A DNA stretch of 64,000 nt from Candidatus Poribacteria bacterium (lineage in GTDB: Bacteria; Poribacteria; WGA-4E; WGA-3G), in assembly GCA_965262955.1 (NCBI GenBank), contig CBDHGE010000001.1, positions 3,730,272 to 3,794,271 of the forward strand. Direction: 5' to 3'. Below the pieces are notes generated by a model. It had not been told where the DNA came from. It did not search any database and saw only the letters and a list, made by a program, of their open reading frames with translations. Position numbers and translations under genes: made by a program. How positions within the stretch are numbered: the stretch's first letter is position 1; each line of letters begins with the position of its first letter. Shown one piece after another: positions 10,862-18,418 of this stretch.

Positions 10862-11317
10862 ATGTTCATGCAAATTAAATCAGACCAATCTGGATTAACC
10901 CTAATCGAGTTGACGATTGTCATCGTCATCTTAGGTATTCTGGCAGCCTTCATCGCGCCGCGGGTCATAAACGCACCACAGCAGGCGAAGGTCGCAAAGG
11001 CACAAACAGAAATTAACAGTATTAAAACCGCATTGGAACAGTATGCAATAGCCACGGGAGAATATCCCACAACTGAACAAGGACTCAGTGCCTTGTGGCG
11101 TGCCCCAAGTCCCGCACCACCAAACTGGAACGGCCCCTACGTGGATAGCCCGAGTTTCATGGATCCATGGAGTAACGCATACGTCTACCGCCAACCCAGC
11201 ACCCATTACGGCTATGACTACGATCTCTATTCGATGGGAAAAGATGGGAAGGTAGGTGGCGAGGATTTGGACGCTGACATTACCAATTGGGTTGACGAGA
11301 CAACCGGAGTCTATTAA
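10862..11317 (+). CDS. gspG: T2SS major pseudopilin GspG
   Basis: G|LTLIEL prepilin site; YPTTEQGL.AL, WNGPY, DPW.NAY and ADITNW motifs. Confidence 0.95.
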   Translation: MFMQIKSDQSGLTLIELTIVIVILGILAAFIAPRVINAPQQAKVAKAQTEINSIKTALEQYAIATGEYPTTEQGLSALWRAPSPAPPNWNGPYVDSPSFMDPWSNAYVYRQPSTHYGYDYDLYSMGKDGKVGGEDLDADITNWVDETTGVY

Positions 11318-11321
11318 AACA

Positions 11322-12023
11322 GTGCTGCAAACTACAAATAAGCGCGATCCTCAGGTCGCCGCTGCATGTTCTCAATCTCAGAGCGGTTTTACGGTCACTG
11401 AATTACTGCTCGTTTTGGTGCTCATCGGCGTACTTTCGGCAATTTCGATGCCCACGCTGAAGGGGTTTGCAGCATCGCGACGCTTAAAAGCATCCGCTCA
11501 GACGCTTCGCAGCCTACTCACATTCGCGCGAGACATGGCGATAACGGATCGGACAGCATATCTCGTGGTCTTTGATCTCGACAGTGAACAGTACTGGCTT
11601 GCTTCCAGCGAAACATTTAATCCGAGTAATCCGCTCAGCTCAGCACTGACTGCGCGAAATTCTACAGCATTAGCCGCCATTCAGAACAATATGAACGGAA
11701 CCAATCTTACAACTGGCAATCCTGTTCAACAGAATCTTGTGTCCCGTACCAGTGGTATCCTTGGTGTGCCACACGCAATGGAACAGAACGTAACCTTAGA
11801 CTTAATAATAACCAATCACAACGGTAGAACTGCGCAAATTGATTCAGGTGTAACATACATCCCTTTTTCGCCCAACGCGACGTCCGAGGAGGCACTTGTG
11901 TACCTTCGGAACACCCGAAATCAGATAATGTCTGTCACTGTTGAGGCGGCAAGTGGACGCGTCCGCGTCCGACAACTTCTCCCTGCAGAAATTGAAATGT
12001 TGGGGTTTGAAACGGAAGGTTAA
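11322..12023 (+). CDS. gspH: Minor pseudopilin GspH/FimT-like
   Basis: G|FTVTELLLV prepilin motif, ARDMA, SGRVRV. In-frame GTG at 11322 chosen to avoid overlap with gspG (ORF track starts at 11256). Confidence 0.8.
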   Translation: MLQTTNKRDPQVAAACSQSQSGFTVTELLLVLVLIGVLSAISMPTLKGFAASRRLKASAQTLRSLLTFARDMAITDRTAYLVVFDLDSEQYWLASSETFNPSNPLSSALTARNSTALAAIQNNMNGTNLTTGNPVQQNLVSRTSGILGVPHAMEQNVTLDLIITNHNGRTAQIDSGVTYIPFSPNATSEEALVYLRNTRNQIMSVTVEAASGRVRVRQLLPAEIEMLGFETEG

Positions 12024-12119
12024 TGGTAAATTATAAAAATTAAGTAAACTTCACAATAACTTGTGGGAGGGGTTTTGCGGCGTACTCGCCCAAATGCAAC
12101 GTGCATTCTAACCCCGATT
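12022..12119. repeat. Composite repeat: MITE-like left end, GTGG-type REP hairpin and 30-bp insert
   Basis: Left end resembles those at 52854 and 58191; GGGGTT...AACCCC arms are interrupted by the 30-mer at 12076..12105. Confidence 0.6.
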
Positions 12120-12136
12120 TTCCTTGGTAACATCGG

Positions 12137-12589
12137 ATGGAAGGTGCCAGAAACATGAACCCTTCAATACACACAAAACCAACAGAAAAAAACGGTTTTA
12201 CGCTCATTGAAATACTCATAACGCTGACGATTTTGGCGGCTGCGCTTCCCGCACTTTTGCAGGCATTCACCACCGCTACACGTAGTCAAGGGCTTTCAGA
12301 TAATAGTACAACCGCCCTCTACCTTCTCAAATTTCGGATGGCGGAGATTGAGATGGAAGGCTATCCAGATGTAGGTCAGGAGACAGGTGAATTTGGTGAA
12401 AATACGCGTTACCTTTGGAGTTCCGTTGTTGAAGAAATCGAATCTGAAGAGGTAGAAAATATCCGACGGGTCACCGTAACGGTCACGTGGCAATATAAAA
12501 GCAGAGAACGCTCAATGTCTATGACGACCTTTATAGCCGATAGACAAATGCCACAGGCACAACAGGGACAACAAAGTGGTAGTCGATAG
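12137..12589 (+). CDS. gspI: Minor pseudopilin GspI-like
   Basis: G|FTLIEIL prepilin motif, RRVTVTVTW; operon position. Confidence 0.8.
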   Translation: MEGARNMNPSIHTKPTEKNGFTLIEILITLTILAAALPALLQAFTTATRSQGLSDNSTTALYLLKFRMAEIEMEGYPDVGQETGEFGENTRYLWSSVVEEIESEEVENIRRVTVTVTWQYKSRERSMSMTTFIADRQMPQAQQGQQSGSR

Positions 12590-12607
12590 CGGTCTCCAAT
12601 CATTTCA

Positions 12608-13531
12608 ATGGAGTTCTCAAGGACTGTGAAAACGCAAGAAAAGCAAACCTTCGTTACCACTGATAGCGGCCTGACGCTCATCGAAATGCTCATGGCAGTC
12701 AGCATTCTCGTTATTATTGGCGGCTCAGCATATTTTGCCTTCAAGACAGCGGTAGATGCTTACCATCAGACGGAGGCAAGGATATTGGCGGCACAAAGAT
12801 GCCGGATCGCTATGGATCGGCTTGTGACGGATCTGCATAACATATACATCTCACTTGAAGCACCAGAACTCGCCCTGTACACACAAGACGGACCGAGTCA
12901 ACTCGGGGACAGGGATATGCTCAGTTTCGTTACACTGGTAAAAACAGACCCCGATCCTTTTCTGGGGCAGCTTGCGAGTTTTCAAGCGCAGAGCGCATCA
13001 CAAGTTCCAGCACCGCTTTTAAGCGACGTGCAGCGTGTAGCTTACTTCGTTGGACCTGAGCTGCCACCGGGCGAATCCGTATTGGGTTCGGGGAACTTTC
13101 AGGGTGGAATAACAAGCGACACAAGTACCGAAGAGACTGGCGAATACGCCCTCTTTCGCGTTGCTACGACAACCCTTGACCCTGAAGCCGTTATCGGCAC
13201 CTTTATGGAAACAGGTCAGGTTCCCCAAACAGACGAAGAAGGCAATCCCATTTATGTCGATATCGCGACCCTCGTCGCCGGACTTGCCAGTTTCGATTTG
13301 ACGTATTTTGACGGACAAGCGGAGACCTGGCGTACCTCATGGGACGATACCGAAAGCATTCCCAGTGCCGTTCAAATTCTCATCACTGTTCAAGGCGAGC
13401 CACAGCAGACAATAAATGTTGATACAACACAACTTGCGGTCCAGAATCAGCCTGTATCGCAACCGAATAGTATGACCCAATCAACGATGGTGTACCTGCC
13501 CGCAAGTGCTACCGCAGGTGGTGCACCATAG
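12608..13531 (+). CDS. gspJ: Minor pseudopilin GspJ-like
   Basis: G|LTLIEML motif, W..SWD...IP.AVQI C-terminal pattern; operon position. Confidence 0.8.
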   Translation: MEFSRTVKTQEKQTFVTTDSGLTLIEMLMAVSILVIIGGSAYFAFKTAVDAYHQTEARILAAQRCRIAMDRLVTDLHNIYISLEAPELALYTQDGPSQLGDRDMLSFVTLVKTDPDPFLGQLASFQAQSASQVPAPLLSDVQRVAYFVGPELPPGESVLGSGNFQGGITSDTSTEETGEYALFRVATTTLDPEAVIGTFMETGQVPQTDEEGNPIYVDIATLVAGLASFDLTYFDGQAETWRTSWDDTESIPSAVQILITVQGEPQQTINVDTTQLAVQNQPVSQPNSMTQSTMVYLPASATAGGAP

Positions 13532-13543
13532 GAAAAATTACAG

Positions 13544-15097
13544 ATGACGCAACTTGTAAGACGGATTTCCTACACCTTCCCTAAGGAGGAGCAGAGCGGG
13601 TTATCCCTTGTCTCAACCCTCTGGATACTGACGATTCTCTCAATTCTGGCGACGCAGCTGCTCTATTCAATCCACATAGAACAGCGCACACAACGGAATT
13701 TCTTGGACAGAGCGAAATTTCACTACGCCGCCAGAGCCGGGTTTGAATGGACGCTTGCGCGTATGCGTGGTGATCAAACGCCTTTCGATTCACTCGGCGA
13801 AAGTTGGGCTGAACCTATTGACGGACAGGTTGAAGACGGTATCCAAGTCGGTAATTTCTTAAATTATCGTGTGACAATCATCGACGAAGCGTCAAAGGTT
13901 AACCTGAACGCTGCAGATGTAGGACTTATCAGTAATTTGCTTGCACAGGTAGGGGTTTCACCAGATGAGGCACTAACCGAGGAACTTGCCACCAAAATTG
14001 TGGAAGGGCAACCATATCGCACTGTTCGAGACCTCGCCCGGGTCGAAGGAATGACATCCGAAGTCCTTTATGGCGTGCAACAGACAGGAGGGTTTGTACA
14101 AGCCAGTCCCACTGCACAAAACACAACCACTGAACTCTCAATAGCAAATTCTGGAAACGGCCAACAAGCTTCAGTGGATGCGCATCCAGGACTCGTCGAT
14201 TTAGCAACCATCTATTCAATCGACGCGAGCACCGACCCAAATGGGGAGCAGCTGGTCAATATCAACACCGCTGAAGCAGATGAACTCACTCAAATTAATG
14301 GGCAGCAAAACCAACCCATTTTTTCACAAGGTGAGGCGGAATCACTTATCCAGCAACGCGATTTTGATAGGTTTGCTGCACTCATAGACGTACAAGCGGT
14401 CTCCGACGAAATTTTTAATAATATCCAAGACCGACTGACGACAGAAGAAAATCGCGAAGATGAACAGGAAGAAGAAAACGACGATTCACAGGAACAAAAC
14501 TCACAACAGCAAGACGAAAATGGGCGAATCAATATTAATACTGCCGATGTTGAAACCTTTGAATCGCTTGAAGGTATTGACCAAGGAATAGCCGAACGGA
14601 TCGTCAATCACCGTGATACACAAGGACTTTTTCAGAACATTGATGCCATCAAAGATGTCAAAATGTTAACACAGCAAGAATTCATCGGCATTGTCGATAA
14701 AATAACATTAAAAGATGGAAATACCCGCAGCGGGCTCATTAACGTAAATACAGCATCAGCGGAGATCCTCGCACTACTACCCGGGATGGATCCAGAAAGG
14801 GCAAGGGCAATCGTTACACGCCGCGAAGAAGATCCACCCGATACTGCACAGATACAGAGTTTTACTGAAGAGGAAATAAAGGGAAATCCGTTTACCAACA
14901 TCTCACAAATTTCCGAGTTACCGGAAATTGACTTTGCAACGTTCCGTGAAGTTGTGGATTGGGTAACCTATCGTTCACATGGATACCGAATTGAAGCAAA
15001 TGGCGTTGACAGGGCAGATAATATTATCGCATCCTGTATCGGTATCATTGATCGCACAGGCAACGAGGTACGCGTTCAGTACTGGCAACAAGATTAG
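13544..15097 (+). CDS. gspK: Minor pseudopilin GspK-like with several helix-hairpin-helix modules
   Basis: G|LSLVSTLW (no E5), DSLGESWA, DEASKVNLN; repeated (I/V)N(I/V)NTA-HhH units. Confidence 0.85.
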   Translation: MTQLVRRISYTFPKEEQSGLSLVSTLWILTILSILATQLLYSIHIEQRTQRNFLDRAKFHYAARAGFEWTLARMRGDQTPFDSLGESWAEPIDGQVEDGIQVGNFLNYRVTIIDEASKVNLNAADVGLISNLLAQVGVSPDEALTEELATKIVEGQPYRTVRDLARVEGMTSEVLYGVQQTGGFVQASPTAQNTTTELSIANSGNGQQASVDAHPGLVDLATIYSIDASTDPNGEQLVNINTAEADELTQINGQQNQPIFSQGEAESLIQQRDFDRFAALIDVQAVSDEIFNNIQDRLTTEENREDEQEEENDDSQEQNSQQQDENGRININTADVETFESLEGIDQGIAERIVNHRDTQGLFQNIDAIKDVKMLTQQEFIGIVDKITLKDGNTRSGLINVNTASAEILALLPGMDPERARAIVTRREEDPPDTAQIQSFTEEEIKGNPFTNISQISELPEIDFATFREVVDWVTYRSHGYRIEANGVDRADNIIASCIGIIDRTGNEVRVQYWQQD

Positions 15098-15188
15098 GTA
15101 AATACTGTCTCTTATAGATGCTACAGTGTAAAGCAAAGACAAATTTTGCCGCGTATGGGCAAAATTTGGTGCTCGCAAAAGGATAAAA

Positions 15189-16940
15189 ATGGCAAAAAAT
15201 CGAGTTGTGGCGATAGATATCGGCACAAACACAGCGAAAATGGTTCAACTTGAACTGTCATCTACAGCCCTGCATCTCATCAATGCAAACGTCGTGACCT
15301 ATCCAAACGGAGCTGAACGGCAGCAAATCGTCGAATCAATAGCGCGTCTCTGGTCACCGTTAGGTAACCCGCCAACACAACGTGACCTTCGTTCGTTCTT
15401 TAACAGGGATAAGACGGAGATCGCTGTCGCCCTCCCACGATTCTTAGTGAGCACAAAACGCTTAGGGAACCTACCCGCTGCAACAGACGATCAACTCTCC
15501 AATATTGTTGCAATCTCGGCAGAAACAGAACTACCCTTTCGGATTGATGAAGCCATCTTTACCTATCACGATGTACAACGGACACCAGAAGCAGTGTCCG
15601 TAGAGTTAATATCCACGCGACGCTCCACAGTTACAGATTATCTTACTCTTCTTGAACAAATTGGGGTGTCCGCTTCCGCTGTTGTCCCCTCAACGATAGC
15701 AATTGCTGAAGTGGCTGCAAAGAGCGGATGTTCACAGCCTACATTCATCGTTGACATCGGTGCCGAACAAACGGACTTCTGTTTCATGCAAGACGGTGTG
15801 CTGCGGTTTTCACGGAGTTTTCGACTCGGTGAAAACCATCTATCTGAACATGTGAGTCGCGCATTGAATGTTGATATTGAAACAGCAGCGGAAGAAAAAC
15901 AGCATATTTCAGCAAGCGAAGCTCCTATATCTACGTGGACGACCCAATTCGTTGGTGAACTTCGGCGTTCTATTGCTGCTGCCAGAACATACCACGGGAC
16001 TACTGATTCTGAAGATCTCACCCCATCGAACACGGAAACCGAACTCTGGTTGTGTGGCAGCGGTGCCCGCGTTCCAGAACTGACAACAGCATGTGAAACA
16101 GAGCTCAACATTGCAACACGGCTATGGAATCCGTCCCATGCTCTTGAACAACACGTAGGTATTGACACACGTTTCTCAAGTGCGGAAGCGAAATCCGCGT
16201 TTGACGAATGGGGGGATACGCTCGCTGTGCCGTTAGGTGTTGCTCTAAATACGTTGAATCCTAAAACAAAGGTGTCTCTGCTCCCAAAAGAAGCCGTCGA
16301 GACGTTAACCCAAGCAACACGGCAACGCCAGATTTTCGCTTCCGCTGGATTGGGTGTGTTAGTAATCGGCGCACTTCTTTTTGGCGGCTACACGCTTCAA
16401 CGCGCACAACAATACAGGTCTCAGACTCTCGACACGCAGCTCGCGCATTATGCGCAGCCGCTGGCATTAGCCAAAGCACAGCTCGGACGGGAATTAGCAA
16501 TAACTGAGATGCTAACGCATCACATCTCGCCACTCGATATTCTACACTCGCTCAGCGCGATGTTTAGCGATAGAACACAAGTCGCTTGGACAAATTTCAA
16601 TATTACAAATCTCAATACACCTGAGACCGCTCGCATTATGTTCAATTTAGAAAGTTCCTCTCATAACGCAATCAACTCTCTCTTGAGTGCACTTAATCGG
16701 TCTAATGTCTTTACCAACGTGCAAGCTGGTGAAGTTACAACAACCACGCAGAATAAAAAACAGATTTTCCAAGTCCAGGTACGATGTAACCTTACGTCAT
16801 CTGCCGTTCGGGCATTTGCAAAAAAACGTTACCCAATGCCCGAACCGACAATCGGTGAAACAGCGATAGGTGCTGAATTCAATATTAACCGCCCTACACC
16901 GGAGACCCTTGAGAACGAAAAGACTGTGGAAGACAACTAA
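15189..16940 (+). CDS. PilM/GspL-like actin-fold assembly protein fused to a TM and a PilN-like domain
   Basis: VAIDIG and IVDIGAEQT actin-ATPase-fold motifs, LCGSGARV, SLLP followed by a TM helix. Confidence 0.8.
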   Translation: MAKNRVVAIDIGTNTAKMVQLELSSTALHLINANVVTYPNGAERQQIVESIARLWSPLGNPPTQRDLRSFFNRDKTEIAVALPRFLVSTKRLGNLPAATDDQLSNIVAISAETELPFRIDEAIFTYHDVQRTPEAVSVELISTRRSTVTDYLTLLEQIGVSASAVVPSTIAIAEVAAKSGCSQPTFIVDIGAEQTDFCFMQDGVLRFSRSFRLGENHLSEHVSRALNVDIETAAEEKQHISASEAPISTWTTQFVGELRRSIAAARTYHGTTDSEDLTPSNTETELWLCGSGARVPELTTACETELNIATRLWNPSHALEQHVGIDTRFSSAEAKSAFDEWGDTLAVPLGVALNTLNPKTKVSLLPKEAVETLTQATRQRQIFASAGLGVLVIGALLFGGYTLQRAQQYRSQTLDTQLAHYAQPLALAKAQLGRELAITEMLTHHISPLDILHSLSAMFSDRTQVAWTNFNITNLNTPETARIMFNLESSSHNAINSLLSALNRSNVFTNVQAGEVTTTTQNKKQIFQVQVRCNLTSSAVRAFAKKRYPMPEPTIGETAIGAEFNINRPTPETLENEKTVEDN

Positions 16941-16994
16941 AACATATATTTTCGCTTCTTCTGATAAACGTTCACGTTTATAGAGTACTAACTT

Positions 16995-18281
16995 ATGGAA
17001 CTAAATCTCGAATTAACACCTCGAAGTAAAATTTTACTCGGCATTTTAGGCGTGGTCCTTCTGATTGTGATCATATTACAAGGTGCCCCAGCCTTCTATC
17101 GCTTATTTGCAAATCAAGATACAAAAGCGAAACAGGAAGAGTTACTAAAAACCGAAGATTTGGTCCATGCAGCAGCAATCTTAAAACCCGTAGAATTTGA
17201 AATTTACAAAGCGACAGGATTGGCACTTGCAGTAACGCCGCAAGTGAACACTCGCACACAAGGTGCCGCTACACTCTTTGATACAGAATCTCCAGAAACT
17301 GTCATTCGCACCCGCATCGATGCGCTCGTCAGACGGGCTGGTATTCAACAAAATTATCAGCTCCTGACGAAGCCGGGAACCGCTAAACAGACACAAAAAC
17401 TAACAATGCAAACACGTGAAAACCTTGTCCGCTATTTCTACTTCAAACAGATAGAAACGGAAGAAAAAGAACTCACGGAAATTGTTGAACGGGAGATTGA
17501 GGCGGACTCCTTCAACATGCTAATGGATGCTTGGCTCTCTGAAACCAAAACTAAAACCAGTGAAAACGCAGAGGAAGCGGATGGTGCGTTTTCCAAAACG
17601 GAACCTTCTAAAAATTATCCCGAAGTTGAGGATAGGGAGCGTCCGATCAATCCGATAGACGCTGTAGGACAGTGGAAATTTGCCCCGCTGCCAGAGGTGA
17701 TCCCTATCCAACTTCGTATTAAACTCGCCGCATTCATCAAAACGATGACCCTACAGCAGCTACGCGGTGCTACAGACTTCAGGCAAGGCTTCTTTGAAGC
17801 ACAGATTCACAAAGCCACAACCCCCGCTACTCCGGGGATCTTCGGCATCGGTGCCAAACCTGCTACCATCGAAATCCAATTGCGTAGGGACAGTGGGCTT
17901 TTGAATTTTCTTACACGAGCGTTAGACGAAATGTACGCCGAGAAGCCATTAGATATAGGTGAGATTCAATCTGCGCTCGTCAAATACATTGAAGGGATTC
18001 AAGAACAACAAGCGACACTTCTGGATCAGCTCGCGTTGGCACCGCCAACTTATCAGACGGAACTGTACACCGTCGAAATGAAATTCAAAACAAACCTTGA
18101 AAAACTCGTTAATTTAAACCATCTAATTGAGACAAGTGCTAAATGGCTGACAGTGCGCGATTTACGGATTTCTGCTGATAAACAAGGCGCATCACGTCCC
18201 CAGGCATCACGCGGACGGAATTCTGAGAATACTGATGCAAATTTGAATGTGGATATATTCCTCATCGCCCGAATATTTTAA
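16995..18281 (+). CDS. GspM/PilO-like bitopic membrane protein (large insert)
   Basis: N-terminal TM; C-terminal LE.LV.L...IE....WLTVRDLRI pattern; operon position. Confidence 0.55.
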   Translation: MELNLELTPRSKILLGILGVVLLIVIILQGAPAFYRLFANQDTKAKQEELLKTEDLVHAAAILKPVEFEIYKATGLALAVTPQVNTRTQGAATLFDTESPETVIRTRIDALVRRAGIQQNYQLLTKPGTAKQTQKLTMQTRENLVRYFYFKQIETEEKELTEIVEREIEADSFNMLMDAWLSETKTKTSENAEEADGAFSKTEPSKNYPEVEDRERPINPIDAVGQWKFAPLPEVIPIQLRIKLAAFIKTMTLQQLRGATDFRQGFFEAQIHKATTPATPGIFGIGAKPATIEIQLRRDSGLLNFLTRALDEMYAEKPLDIGEIQSALVKYIEGIQEQQATLLDQLALAPPTYQTELYTVEMKFKTNLEKLVNLNHLIETSAKWLTVRDLRISADKQGASRPQASRGRNSENTDANLNVDIFLIARIF

Positions 18282-18288
18282 TACCTAT

Positions 18289-18409
18289 TGGCTATCAGTA
18301 ATCGGCTATCGGTAACCCGTTTGGGGCGGTAAAACGTTCACTCCCACTACAGGACTTAGCTGACTGCTGAGAGTGGAGCACAGCGGAACGCCCTAACTGC
18401 TGATAGCCA
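18289..18409. repeat. ~120-bp MITE-like element built from degenerate heptamers
   Basis: Perfect 10-bp terminal inverted repeat TGGCTATCAG / CTGATAGCCA. Confidence 0.55.
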
Positions 18410-18418
18410 TAAAAAGGA

